A stretch of DNA of 47,935 nucleotides from an uncultured Candidatus Saccharibacteria bacterium (GCA_964373765.1 CAYJVZ010000001.1:1-47935); one strand, 5' to 3'. Shown: positions 17,252-27,069, numbered from the stretch's first letter. Notes: a model not told the origin generated them from the sequence alone. A program made the numbers and translations.

Positions 17252-18346
17252 TCATTTCATCGGCATAACGACATATAAAAATGATTTGTCCCCGACCGGG
17301 CTTATTACAAGAGGCCTTCCCACCCCGCAAAACCTAAGCGAAACCGAGTCTCTGGAAACAGATTGGAAGCAATCAGATATATATCTGTAATTAAAATTAA
17401 TATCAGCTTCCTCGCCAGAAAGGGCGGCGTCGGTCCGATTGGTATTCTCCCCGACGTCGCTATTTTTAACAAGGACTTCAAAACTTCTTTTTGCCGGTTT
17501 TGTTTTAATATTTATTTGATTAAATTTGTCGGTAAAAATATTAGCAATCTTCAGAGTATCTATTAAATCTTGTTTTAGGACAATCGCTTCTGTTTTGTAA
17601 TCTTTCGGAATTATCTGGCGATAATCAGGAAATGAACCTTCTATCACTCTTGAGGTAAGAAAAATGTTGTTAATAGAAAAGGAAATTTGATTTTGATTGT
17701 AATTAACTTCCACGTCAAAATTGACTGGTTCTAAAATTCTTATTATTTCATGAACGTTCTTGTAAGGTATTAAGATATTGTTTAATTCATTTATATTTTT
17801 AGCTTTTATTTTCTTTTCCGCCAATCTAAAAGAGTCTGTGGCCACAAAGACTAAATATTCCCCGTCGTAATATATCATGACGCTGGCCAGCTCTGGTTTT
17901 ATATTTGAATTTGAGGCGCTGTAAAAAACAGATTTCAAGCCTTGAGTAAGATCGCGGCTTGAAATTGAAAAAGTTTTTTTGTTTAAGACTTCTGGGATTG
18001 TCGGAAAATCTTCATTTGGAAATATTTTGATGGAAGTATAATTTTTGCTCGTTGAAACGATTAGATTATTGCCTTTTTGCTCCACTTTGATATTTTTATC
18101 ATTTATATTTTGAAGAAAATTATTTAGGACTGTTCCTGGTACGGCAACTATTCCCTCTCTTTCGCATTTTACTGGTAAATTTATCTCTATGCCTAAATCA
18201 AGGTTGGTGGCTTTTATTTTTAAATTATTTTCCTTGGCTTCAAGAAGGACGCATTTCAAAACAGGCAATGAAATGTTTTTGGAAGTTATTTTTTCCGCCA
18301 TTTTGATTACTTCTTCAAGTTTTTCTTTTAAGCACTCTATTTTCAT
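17252..18346 (-). CDS. dnaN: DNA polymerase III beta sliding clamp
   Basis: 364 aa, immediately downstream of dnaA. The N-terminus ...ISLPVLKCVLLEAKENNLKIKATNLDLGIE is typical of DnaN. Confidence 0.9.
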   Translation of the reverse strand: MKIECLKEKLEEVIKMAEKITSKNISLPVLKCVLLEAKENNLKIKATNLDLGIEINLPVKCEREGIVAVPGTVLNNFLQNINDKNIKVEQKGNNLIVSTSKNYTSIKIFPNEDFPTIPEVLNKKTFSISSRDLTQGLKSVFYSASNSNIKPELASVMIYYDGEYLVFVATDSFRLAEKKIKAKNINELNNILIPYKNVHEIIRILEPVNFDVEVNYNQNQISFSINNIFLTSRVIEGSFPDYRQIIPKDYKTEAIVLKQDLIDTLKIANIFTDKFNQINIKTKPAKRSFEVLVKNSDVGENTNRTDAALSGEEADINFNYRYISDCFQSVSRDSVSLRFCGVGRPLVISPVGDKSFLYVVMPMK

Positions 18347-18576
18347 AATTTATATATAAATATTATTACTATTATTATTACTGTGGATTTGTGTAAAACT
18401 ACAAATTAGTCATATTTGAAGGTTTAGAAAACAATAAACTTTTTTACATTCTGTTGATATTGCTGCGGTCAAATTTGATAACTTTTCTATATTTTCACAA
18501 TAAGCTTATTTTTCCATATCTTACGCACAGTTTATCTTGATCTTATTATTGCTATTCAAACAAGATTTCCCCAGTT
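18347..18576. other. Candidate oriC segment (dnaA-dnaN intergenic)
   Basis: A 230-bp non-coding region with a very AT-rich run (18347-18380), a DnaA-box-like tgtggattt (18382-18390) and degenerate ttttccata / ttttcaca variants. Another box-like site, tgtggaaat, lies at 20008-20016 upstream of dnaA. Confidence 0.4.
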
Positions 18577-19938
18577 TTACAATAATGCTCTTATTTGCCC
18601 CAACTGCTGTTCTAATAAATGATCCACCTTCAGCTCTCTTTTTATTTTCTCGCATGAATGAATGACGGTGGTATGATCTCTGCCTCCTAATTTTTGTCCT
18701 ATGGAAGGATAGGAAACATTGCAGTCTTCCCTTAATATATACATGGCCAATTGCCGCGGCCTGACAACCTCTTTTTTCCTTGTTTTATCATATATACTGG
18801 CCTCTTCTATATTATAAAAATCCGAAATAGTTTTTATGATGTCTTTAACGGAAATAATTTTTTTAGGTTTGGAACTGTTTTTTATCAGATTTTTTACCTC
18901 AAGAATAGATAAATCTTTGTTTTTTAATTGGGTTTGACAGACAATTAAGTTCAAGACTCCCTCTAACTCCCTTATGTTGCCTTCGATTTCTTGGGCAAGA
19001 TAATCCGCGATTTCATCCTTAAGGCTAAAATTATTTTGTTTGGCCTTGGATTTTATTATAGCCGCCCTCGATTCCTTGTCTGGAGCTGGAATATCCACAA
19101 TCATTCCAGAGGCGAATCTGGATTTCAGCCTTTCTTCAAGATTTGGTATGAAGTTTGGATGTTTGTCGGAAGAAAAAACTATCTGCTTGTTATTTTCGTG
19201 TAAATAATTAAAAAGGTGGAACAATTCTTCCTGACTTTTTTCTTTATTTGAAAAAAACTGAATATCATCCATAATCAAAACATCGTACTTCCTATACTTT
19301 TCCTTGAAATAGTTTATTTTGTTTGATTGCAAAGAATTAATATAATCAAGAGCGAATTTTTCCGAAGTAACATAATATATCTTCATCGGCTCTATATTTT
19401 TTTTAATGTAATTTCCGATGGCTTGGATTAAATGAGTTTTGCCGTGCCCGGTGTTGCCGTATATAAAGAGAGGATTATAAACAGAGCCGGGTTTTTTTAT
19501 GACCGCTTGAGAAGCGGCGTGAGAAAGTTCGTTAAAAGGACCGATTACAAAATTATCAAACGTGTAGCGAGGGTTTAGATTGTCATCTTTGTTTATATAA
19601 TAGTCTTGAAGAGGCAATTCAGGCATAAAACTGATAGTTTTGCTGTTTTCCAACTCTTTCTTTCTAGCTATATCGCTTGATACCACATATTCAACAGATC
19701 TGATGCTCTCACCAAAGGTCCTCAATAGCCTCAATATAGATTTATGATATTTATTGATAAGCCAATTTCTGACAAAAGTATTCGGCACGCTAACGCAGAC
19801 CGCGCCCTCCTCCTGCTTAATTATGTAAGTGTCTCCAAACCAAGTATTAAAATTGGCTTTAGAAACATCCAGCTCCATTTCTGTCAAAACACTGTCCCAA
19901 AGTTTTTTATTGTCGATCATAAAATGGTTTTGTATCAA
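18577..19938 (-). CDS. dnaA: Chromosomal replication initiator DnaA
   Basis: Walker A GNTGHGKTHL, Walker B LIMDDIQFF, and the domain IV signature GGRDHTTVIHSCEKI. The start may be the Met at 19920. Confidence 0.95.
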   Translation of the reverse strand: MIQNHFMIDNKKLWDSVLTEMELDVSKANFNTWFGDTYIIKQEEGAVCVSVPNTFVRNWLINKYHKSILRLLRTFGESIRSVEYVVSSDIARKKELENSKTISFMPELPLQDYYINKDDNLNPRYTFDNFVIGPFNELSHAASQAVIKKPGSVYNPLFIYGNTGHGKTHLIQAIGNYIKKNIEPMKIYYVTSEKFALDYINSLQSNKINYFKEKYRKYDVLIMDDIQFFSNKEKSQEELFHLFNYLHENNKQIVFSSDKHPNFIPNLEERLKSRFASGMIVDIPAPDKESRAAIIKSKAKQNNFSLKDEIADYLAQEIEGNIRELEGVLNLIVCQTQLKNKDLSILEVKNLIKNSSKPKKIISVKDIIKTISDFYNIEEASIYDKTRKKEVVRPRQLAMYILREDCNVSYPSIGQKLGGRDHTTVIHSCEKIKRELKVDHLLEQQLGQIRALL

Positions 19939-20073
19939 AACATTTACATTATATACCCCGAAACTTCTATTTAAACTTGTCTTTAACTTATAACTATGTT
20001 GATAAGGTGTGGAAATCTCTTCAATTGGTCGGAGCTATTGTATTTTTTATTTTTTTTCATATAATAACAGTTC

Positions 20074-20208
20074 ATGTCAAGAACATATAAACCAAAGAGG
20101 AAAAAAAGAGCCAGAACTCACGGTTTTTTAGTCAGATCGAGAAGCCGGAGCGGCGCTAATGTCATAAAGAGAAGAAGAAGAAAGGGAAGAAAAATTATAG
20201 CCTTATAA
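20074..20208 (+). CDS. rpmH: Ribosomal protein L34 (not in the supplied ORF track)
   Basis: Hand translation gives [44 protein letters not shown] (44 aa), which matches the canonical L34 pattern. It lies upstream of rnpA. Confidence 0.9.
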   Translation: MSRTYKPKRKKRARTHGFLVRSRSRSGANVIKRRRRKGRKIIAL

Positions 20209-20220
20209 TTTATTATAGGC

Positions 20221-20562
20221 ATGCTGGCGCGAAAATATAAACTGGATGCCAAAACTTTTAAAAGCATCTCAAATAAAACAAGCAGAAATCTGCGGTTTAA
20301 AGATTTTAACCTAAAAGGCGGCAAATTAATCGGCGGGCCGAAGTTCGCGGTAGTCATTTCCTCAAAACAGCTGAAAAAAGCCACAGACCGAAACAGGATT
20401 AAAAGAAAATATTATAGTTTAATTGAAAAAAAACTAACCGCTCTGAAATTTGAAAATTTTTATCTCATAATCTATCCCAATAAAGAATCTTTATATAAGA
20501 AATCTTCGCTCATAGACATAGATCTTGAAAAAGCCTTTTTGGAATTCGGCTTTTATGGATAA
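20221..20562 (+). CDS. rnpA: RNase P protein component
   Basis: 113 aa and basic, with the KKATDRNRIKRK motif (the RnpA RNR motif). It follows rpmH. Confidence 0.85.
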   Translation: MLARKYKLDAKTFKSISNKTSRNLRFKDFNLKGGKLIGGPKFAVVISSKQLKKATDRNRIKRKYYSLIEKKLTALKFENFYLIIYPNKESLYKKSSLIDIDLEKAFLEFGFYG

Positions 20563-20616
20563 AATGTAATTTTTGCAAATGTTGAACTAATGCCCTTTCT
20601 GGAATAGAATGAAGTC

Positions 20617-21369
20617 ATGATTAAAGCCATCTACCACAGCGCCATTTACGAGCCTCTTTATAACGGGCTTGTTTTTTTGTTATCCCTCTTTCCGATGTGG
20701 ATGAACGTCGGTATCGCCATTATCATCTTTACCATAATTATTAAATTGATACTTTTCCCATTTTCCAAAATGGCAATAGTAACCCAGATAAGAATGAAAT
20801 TGCTCGAGCCGAAAATAAATGGCATAAAGGAAAAATATAAAAAAGACAAGCAAGAACAATCTATTCAAATGATGAAACTTTATAAAGAGCACAAACTAAA
20901 TCCTTTCTCCAGCATTCTGCTCATCTTAATTCAAATACCAATTATAATCGCCCTCTATAGGATTTTTCTTTTTGGCGGATTGCCAGACATAAATCTAGAA
21001 ATATTGTACAACTTTGTTTCCGCGCCAAAAGCGGTCAGCATGTCATTTTTTGGCGCCGATATGTCGGAAAAAAGTTATGTATTCGCTTTTCTTGCCGGCT
21101 TATCGCAATTTTTTCAAGCGAAATTCGCCATACCGGCAATGCCCAAAACAGACGGCAGCAAATCTATCAAAAATGATCTGGCTAAAACCATGCATTTGCA
21201 AATGCGCTACGTATTGCCAGTCATTATTTTTTTCGTTTCTTACCATGTCACGGCGGCGGTTGCCCTTTACTGGGTAACCAGTAATATTTTTGCCATAGGA
21301 CAGGAATTGGTCGTCAGAAGAAAACTGGAAAAAGATATAAATTTAGAACACCAAAACAATGCCAAATAA
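20617..21369 (+). CDS. yidC: Membrane protein insertase YidC (short form)
   Basis: Polytopic 250-aa protein with LYKEHKLNPFSS (compare LYKE..VNP), in the conserved rnpA-yidC-jag order. Confidence 0.85.
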   Translation: MIKAIYHSAIYEPLYNGLVFLLSLFPMWMNVGIAIIIFTIIIKLILFPFSKMAIVTQIRMKLLEPKINGIKEKYKKDKQEQSIQMMKLYKEHKLNPFSSILLILIQIPIIIALYRIFLFGGLPDINLEILYNFVSAPKAVSMSFFGADMSEKSYVFAFLAGLSQFFQAKFAIPAMPKTDGSKSIKNDLAKTMHLQMRYVLPVIIFFVSYHVTAAVALYWVTSNIFAIGQELVVRRKLEKDINLEHQNNAK

Positions 21370-21835
21370 TATGAATCGGGAAATCATAAGAAACAGCATA
21401 AACGGATTTATTGAGAAAATGGGTTTAAGCGCCGATTCTATTGATATTTCAGAAAAAGAAGACAACGCCGATTTTTCCTGTCTGATAAGAACAAAAGATT
21501 CAAGCTTGCTTATCGGCAAGGAGGGCAGAAATTTTTCGGCCATCCATCATTTGCTTAAACGGGTTATCTCTAAACAGTTGGCCAATCAAGATCTTAAGAT
21601 TTCTATAGATATAAACGATTACAAAAAAGAGCAGATAGAAAAAATTAAAATGAAAACTAAGATATTAGCCGAAAGAGCAAAATCAATGAATACCGAAGTG
21701 GAGATGGAGCCCATGGATTCCTATCAAAGAATGATAGTTCATTCTTTTTTTTCCGACAGCCTTGAGTTTGAAACATTTTCAAAAGGCGTAGGCGTGGAAA
21801 GAAGAGTGGTAATAAAGTATCTAAAACCGATTTAG
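21359..21835 (+). CDS. jag: Jag/KhpB-like KH plus R3H RNA-binding protein
   Basis: R3H-type motif MEPMDSYQRMIVHSFFSD at the C-terminus. It overlaps the yidC stop. Confidence 0.75.
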   Translation: MPNNMNREIIRNSINGFIEKMGLSADSIDISEKEDNADFSCLIRTKDSSLLIGKEGRNFSAIHHLLKRVISKQLANQDLKISIDINDYKKEQIEKIKMKTKILAERAKSMNTEVEMEPMDSYQRMIVHSFFSDSLEFETFSKGVGVERRVVIKYLKPI

Positions 21836-23112
21836 TCCGCTCTGATATCAACTAGCCATAATTTGCCGTCTTTTTTATCAACGAAAGACAAAAATTCTTC
21901 TTGGCTGTCGAAACTAAGCTTCGTAATATCAACGGCTCTTTCAATTTCATCCACAGTTGAGAGCAGAAGTTTTGTTTTTTTGTCATTTATGTCAATCATC
22001 CAAAGATCATCGCTGAAAGATATAAAGCCTTGGTACCATAAATCCGGATACAAAGCCTTGGGGATGACCCTTGGCACTCCGCAGTAAAAAACGCCATCAT
22101 TTTTTTTACTCCAAACGCATTTTTCCGGCAATGTGCCGAAATTAAGATCCCTAGCGCCATCGTTATTTCTGACTTTTAAAATTAGGCTATTATTATTACT
22201 TTCGGAATACAAAATATTTTTTAAATCCGGATCAGCCAAAACAGTAAGACCCAAAATGTCGCCCATAATTTTTGACCGCTTGCCGTTCGTGGCGTTTAGA
22301 TAATAGGAAAAACCCGCCTCAAGTCCGGATGGTTTGGTCGTAAGAACTAAAATGTTTTTAGACGGCCAAGAAACCAGCCAATCTTTTAGAGGAGATGAGT
22401 AAATTTTTGTTTTCTTTGCTCCGCTGACCGAAGAAACCGACCCCATGACCGAATCTGCGTCGAGAGTAAAGTAAAATACTTTATCCATGTCCGGCGGGGC
22501 GCTGATTCCATAAATAGAATCAACTGAAAAATTTACCGAAAGCTGAAACGGACTTTGTTCAAGTTCGCTTCTTGATTCTAATTTGGCCTCATTCTCTTTG
22601 CTAACTTCCCTTTTAACCAAAGTGGCGCTTAAAAGCTGGGGCTGACCGGTTTCCTCCTTTAGATATTGGGCCATTAAAGAATCGCCGTTATTAAGCCAAA
22701 GAACTTCATAAACTTTCGGTATAGTATCGTTGGAAAGAAGGACAGTCTCGTTCGTTTCTATGTCAACTTCTTTAATGTTACCGGATTTTTTCTCAAAGTA
22801 TCTTATGTAATTTCTGTTGTCTCTTTCAACAAAAATTGATCCAGACACGGCATTCTCGCTTATTATTCTAAACTTAGCGAGACTGGCTTCTTCATTCAAA
22901 GAGCCGGACTGATTAGAATTATCCACTTCATTTTTGATATTGCCATTGTCACTCGCGTCTTTGGCTTTACCAAAGTCTAAATTAATCAAATCGCCGATAT
23001 CCAGACTCAATTTGCCGCTTTTGCCGAAATTAGAATAATAAAAAACACCAAGGACGCTAAAAACGATGAGTATAAAAATTACAATTATTAAAATGGCTTT
23101 ATTTTTTTGCAT
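21832..23112 (-). CDS. Membrane-anchored extracytoplasmic protein; last gene of the T4SS-like operon
   Basis: N-terminal TM segment ILIIVIFILIVFSVLGVFYY, followed by about 390 aa of beta-rich sequence. It starts 3 nt after the pilin-like gene. Confidence 0.6.
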   Translation of the reverse strand: MQKNKAILIIVIFILIVFSVLGVFYYSNFGKSGKLSLDIGDLINLDFGKAKDASDNGNIKNEVDNSNQSGSLNEEASLAKFRIISENAVSGSIFVERDNRNYIRYFEKKSGNIKEVDIETNETVLLSNDTIPKVYEVLWLNNGDSLMAQYLKEETGQPQLLSATLVKREVSKENEAKLESRSELEQSPFQLSVNFSVDSIYGISAPPDMDKVFYFTLDADSVMGSVSSVSGAKKTKIYSSPLKDWLVSWPSKNILVLTTKPSGLEAGFSYYLNATNGKRSKIMGDILGLTVLADPDLKNILYSESNNNSLILKVRNNDGARDLNFGTLPEKCVWSKKNDGVFYCGVPRVIPKALYPDLWYQGFISFSDDLWMIDINDKKTKLLLSTVDEIERAVDITKLSFDSQEEFLSFVDKKDGKLWLVDIRAD

Positions 23113-23115
23113 AAA

Positions 23116-23694
23116 TTAAGGCTGAACTTGGGGATTAGAACTTTGCGGTCTGTTTGTAACACCCAAATTATCAGTGGGAACAGGTAATTGCGGGGCGCTC
23201 GGGTCAAAAGTTATTGGAGTTGTTAAGGATAATGGCCTAGTATTAGCGCCACTGGTATTAGCGGCGCTTGGTTCGTTGAGGGGAAGATCTAATTGCTTGA
23301 AACTAAGAATATCTGGATTAATAGTATTTAAAATCAGCCATGAAATCAAAGCCAGCATTAATCCAAGCAAAGCGTTTTTTATTATCTCCTTACCCTCGCT
23401 TTTGCCCGTGAAAGAATCAGTGCTCATATAAATGATTCCTCCGTACATAATCATGATAACCGCCAAAAGTCCGGCTATGCCGATTCCTATTTTAAAAATA
23501 TTAGTCAGATACTTTATCAGTCCGGTTTCACTGCTTACACCGCTTGTAAAAAATTTATCTGGCTGAAGCGGCAATTCCACCAGCGGCTCGTATGTTATAT
23601 TTTTAAGCGCTCCAACTTGAGCATAGGCAAAGTGGGCGCCTCCAAAAAGACTTATTAAAACAAAACTGATAAAAAACAGTTTCCTTTTTTGCAT
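23116..23694 (-). CDS. T4SS pilin-like (TrbC/VirB2-like) protein with a long Pro/Ser/Thr/Asn tail
   Basis: Start moved to MQKRKLFF at 23694, 1 nt after the upstream stop. The protein has a signal peptide ending AYAQ, then two hydrophobic helices (IGIGIAGLLAVIMIMYGGIIY and ALLGLMLALISWLILNTI) separated by a short charged loop. Confidence 0.5.
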   Translation of the reverse strand: MQKRKLFFISFVLISLFGGAHFAYAQVGALKNITYEPLVELPLQPDKFFTSGVSSETGLIKYLTNIFKIGIGIAGLLAVIMIMYGGIIYMSTDSFTGKSEGKEIIKNALLGLMLALISWLILNTINPDILSFKQLDLPLNEPSAANTSGANTRPLSLTTPITFDPSAPQLPVPTDNLGVTNRPQSSNPQVQP

Positions 23695-23695
23695 A

Positions 23696-24847
23696 TTAGA
23701 AATTGAAGAATGAGTCATTATTGTTTTCATAAAATATCCTAAAAGACGATCCCGCTTTCTGGAAAATGCTTTTTTTATGCGAGACATTGACAGCAACCGC
23801 GCTTTGGCCGCTACCGACATTCTCGTTTCTCAATATTATTTTGGAAGTCAGGTTTCCGGCGACGGTTTTGCCGTCAATTATCCAGAGGTATTCAAGGTCT
23901 TTGTCTTTATCCGCGATTTCGCCAAAAAAGAAAGGATAAGCGTTTAATGCCACTTCTTTACCTAAAAGATCTAATGATGAAAATACAGCCTTGTTGAATA
24001 AAACGCCTTCAAGCGGATCATCTTCATATATTATTACCGCAGGTGAAGATACCGGAATTGTTCTTCTTTTTAAAGCTGAAATACTGCCGGAGACATCGCT
24101 CACTTCCACCTCAACATTTATTGATTCGGCTAATATTGTCCCTTTGATAAAAACGACATTTTTTCCGTAACCAGACAAATCATTTCTGATTTTGCCGTTT
24201 ATCTTCCATTTATATAAAACATTTGAATTGCTCAAAATCTGACCGCCGGGGCCTGGCAATATGGCATCAGCCACGACCTTAACCACCGCTTCTCGCGAAA
24301 AAAGAGCTTTTCCTTTGTAAAACCAAGGAGTATATGTCTCGGCTTCCCAAAGTAAATCAATTTCCGATGGCACGATTCTTATTGATTCGTTGTGGGTTTT
24401 GCCGTCAATCGTTTCAATAGTTAAGTATATGTTTGATACGTTGCCCAGGCTTCCGGTCGTAAAACTGACGCTCTTTTCCCCATTGCCGCTTTTTATAATC
24501 CTGCCATTTAGCGTCCAAGTTATAAAACTTCTGTCCAAATTAGCGTAATAACTGTCAATTGATATATTTACATTTTCATTTGGGTTAGGATTTTTGGGAC
24601 TGATATTTATGACAAGAGGAAGTTTTTTTGTGGCTTCATCCAAAAGTTCCTGATCACTCGGGATATTATACAAAGCTCTGATTTCCTCTTCGCTAAGCGG
24701 GACTTGGGCAGTTGCCACAAAGACCGGTCCAGAATGGAAAAAAAATATCGTTAGCCAAATTGAAATTGCCAGTTTGGGAATTAATTTATTCGCTAATCTT
24801 TTCATATTGTCCAATTCATCGGCTAATTTTAGCACAATACCGGTCAA
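23696..24847 (-). CDS. Secreted protein with three Ig-like tandem repeats
   Basis: Signal or TM segment LAISIWLTIFFFHSGPVFVATAQ. A motif recurs three times, about 100 aa apart: ITWTLNGRIIKSG, YKWKINGKIRNDL and YLWIIDGKTVAGN. The start may be the Met at 24805. Confidence 0.6.
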   Translation of the reverse strand: MTGIVLKLADELDNMKRLANKLIPKLAISIWLTIFFFHSGPVFVATAQVPLSEEEIRALYNIPSDQELLDEATKKLPLVINISPKNPNPNENVNISIDSYYANLDRSFITWTLNGRIIKSGNGEKSVSFTTGSLGNVSNIYLTIETIDGKTHNESIRIVPSEIDLLWEAETYTPWFYKGKALFSREAVVKVVADAILPGPGGQILSNSNVLYKWKINGKIRNDLSGYGKNVVFIKGTILAESINVEVEVSDVSGSISALKRRTIPVSSPAVIIYEDDPLEGVLFNKAVFSSLDLLGKEVALNAYPFFFGEIADKDKDLEYLWIIDGKTVAGNLTSKIILRNENVGSGQSAVAVNVSHKKSIFQKAGSSFRIFYENNNDSFFNF

Positions 24848-24873
24848 ATCGTAAAAACCGCGCGATCTTAAAA

Positions 24874-25245
24874 TTACTTGATTATCGGCGGTTTTCCCGA
24901 GCCTTTGCCAATCGGCTTTTTTGAAAGCGGAATCTCAATTCCAGTTTTGTCTTCCACTATTACGGTCAGAATAATTATTATGACGCCAATCGTAATTGCC
25001 GGCAGGGCGCTTATGGCCGGAACAGCTTCAATGATGAGTGCGATAAGGGCGGTAGCCAATCTGCGCGGATTTATCAAAGGAACGTTTTTTAAAATGAACC
25101 ACAAGCCGAATGTTAAAGCGGCGATAACGTCAACAAAAATATTTACGATAGGGATTAAGCTTAAAAGATCAAAAAAAACAGCAGTGGTAATCATTAAAAA
25201 ACCCGTTATCCAGTCTATTCTCATCTCCTTCTTACCAGCTTCCAT
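24874..25245 (-). CDS. Small polytopic membrane protein
   Basis: 123 aa with 3-4 hydrophobic helices. It starts 3 nt after the VirB4-like stop. It was preferred over the antisense ORF 24878-25321 because of this operon fit. Confidence 0.5.
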   Translation of the reverse strand: MEAGKKEMRIDWITGFLMITTAVFFDLLSLIPIVNIFVDVIAALTFGLWFILKNVPLINPRRLATALIALIIEAVPAISALPAITIGVIIIILTVIVEDKTGIEIPLSKKPIGKGSGKPPIIK

Positions 25246-25248
25246 TTT

Positions 25249-27069
25249 CTATTTATTAGTAAGTTCTTTTTTAGCTTGCTTAATGGCTAGAATTTGCGAT
25301 GGGTCGGAAGTAATAATCTGATCCTCGGTGTAGGAAGCGATTACTTTTATAGCCACATGCTTAAGACCGACGAAAAATAATCCCTCGCCCACTTCTGATT
25401 CCAAAAGCAAATATTTTTCCTCGTCAGTTAGATTAAAAGTCTGCTGAACTCGGTCAATGGAGGTTGGGGATTGTTTCAAAAGTATTTGAATGGATGAGTT
25501 GGTGATGATTGGCAGGCCGTAAGGAGATTTTAGAAAATCGTCCACGTCTTGAGTTATGGTGGCAAGCCCCAAATAATATTTCCTTCCTCGTTTGGCCATG
25601 CTAAGCAAGAATGAAGCGGTGTCTTCAGACCTCATCATCCACCAGGCTTCGTCAATAACCAGAAGCCTTTTCTTTAGATTTTTTCTAACGGCATTCCAAA
25701 TGTAATGAGTGACAATATACATGGCGACAGGCTTCAATTCATCTTCCATGTCGCGTAGGGAAAAAACAATAAATTTATTATTTATATCTACATTGGTCGG
25801 CTTGTTTAAAAATCCCGCCCAAGTGCCCCTTGTGTATTTGCTAAGCCTCTGGACAAGGGACTCGCCTCCCTGCATTCCGGCTAAGACAAGCTCAAAATCC
25901 GACATTAAAGGCGGCTCTATTTTTGAAAAATCTGAATCAGCCGTAATGTCTTTTAAGGCGTATGTTTCAGTGATGGCCCGATCAACAATAGCGTCTTCTT
26001 CCGGTGTCAGGCCGTTCATCATAATTCTGAAAATACCGACAAGATTTATGATATTTGAACGCAGGACGTCGGCGCTGGATTCATCCTCTCTTGGCGTTGG
26101 CAGATCAAATGGATTAATGTGGCTTGAGGAGTTAAGCGAAATATTAAAATATTTTCCTCCCGTTGCCTGCGCCATGTATTCATACTCTCTCTCGGGATCA
26201 AGAACAATCACTTCTGTTTCAAACATCAGTGTCCTCAATATCTCAAGCTTGGTGGCGTATGATTTTCCGGAGCCGGATTTAGCGAAAGTGATTGAATTGT
26301 AATTTTCAAGCGAAAATCTATCAAACAGCACCATACTCGAATTGTGCCTGTTTATGCCGTACAAAATTCCCTTATCTGAAGTCAGGTCAAAGGAAATGAA
26401 CGGGAAAAGACTAGAAAGCGGAGAAGAATTTAACCTTGAGTGAACCATCAATTCATCAGTGGCGATAGGCAGCGTGCTTTTATAGCCCTGCTCCTGCTGA
26501 AAAAGAGCCGGTCTTATGTTTACTAATTTGGATTCCAGTATAGATCTTGCTTCCGATTCCAATTTGTCCAATTCAGCAATATTGTCGGCGTAAATAGTGA
26601 TATAGAGTCCCACCTCAAACAATTTTTCTTGGGCTTGCTGGAGATCGTCTCTAAGTTGCTCCAAATCCCGATAAGCCGTGTCTAATTTAGGATCTCTGAC
26701 CAAACCCTTCTCTTCCCTTCCATGAATTTGACTTTGAACCTCGGCCACTTTCTTTTGAAATTGCCTTAAAACTTTTGCCGTTTCAATCGGATGAATAAAT
26801 ATAGTGATATCAAAAACTTTGTCCAAATTGATTATCGGCGAGAACCATCCTTCAGAGAGAAAGCGCGGATAGGAAATAACAAAAAATGTTCTAGCCACCT
26901 TTCCTCCAAGATTCAATTCGCGCGGACCGACCTTAAGGGCCGATGGAGCGATGACATCTCTTAATTCTAAAACAGCCGATTCATATATTTCATTCGGCAA
27001 TATGGCGGTAATAGACTCATTGGAGTCTTTGTTTTTTTTGCTTTTGAATATAGAATCAAGAATTCCCAT
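25249..27069 (-). CDS. virB4: VirB4/TrbE/CagE-family type IV secretion ATPase
   Basis: Walker A FAKSGSGKSY, Walker B LLVIDEAWWMM, then RKYYLGLATITQDVDDF. The N-terminal pattern IAPSAL...ARTFFVISYPRFLSEGW is typical of Gram-positive-type VirB4 proteins. Confidence 0.8.
   Translation of the reverse strand: MGILDSIFKSKKNKDSNESITAILPNEIYESAVLELRDVIAPSALKVGPRELNLGGKVARTFFVISYPRFLSEGWFSPIINLDKVFDITIFIHPIETAKVLRQFQKKVAEVQSQIHGREEKGLVRDPKLDTAYRDLEQLRDDLQQAQEKLFEVGLYITIYADNIAELDKLESEARSILESKLVNIRPALFQQEQGYKSTLPIATDELMVHSRLNSSPLSSLFPFISFDLTSDKGILYGINRHNSSMVLFDRFSLENYNSITFAKSGSGKSYATKLEILRTLMFETEVIVLDPEREYEYMAQATGGKYFNISLNSSSHINPFDLPTPREDESSADVLRSNIINLVGIFRIMMNGLTPEEDAIVDRAITETYALKDITADSDFSKIEPPLMSDFELVLAGMQGGESLVQRLSKYTRGTWAGFLNKPTNVDINNKFIVFSLRDMEDELKPVAMYIVTHYIWNAVRKNLKKRLLVIDEAWWMMRSEDTASFLLSMAKRGRKYYLGLATITQDVDDFLKSPYGLPIITNSSIQILLKQSPTSIDRVQQTFNLTDEEKYLLLESEVGEGLFFVGLKHVAIKVIASYTEDQIITSDPSQILAIKQAKKELTNK

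Noticed and set aside
23695-23820. N-terminal 42-codon extension of the pilin-like ORF
   Set aside because: The extension overlaps the end of the upstream gene by 125 nt. The internal Met at 23694 begins a canonical signal peptide and lies 1 nt after the upstream stop.
24878-25321. 147-aa plus-strand ORF
   Set aside because: It is antisense to the 123-aa membrane ORF, which fits the operon with 3-nt spacing after the VirB4-like stop. The plus ORF would also run into the end of the VirB4-like gene.
25709-26302. 197-aa plus-strand ORF
   Set aside because: It lies entirely antisense within the well-supported VirB4-like ATPase gene.
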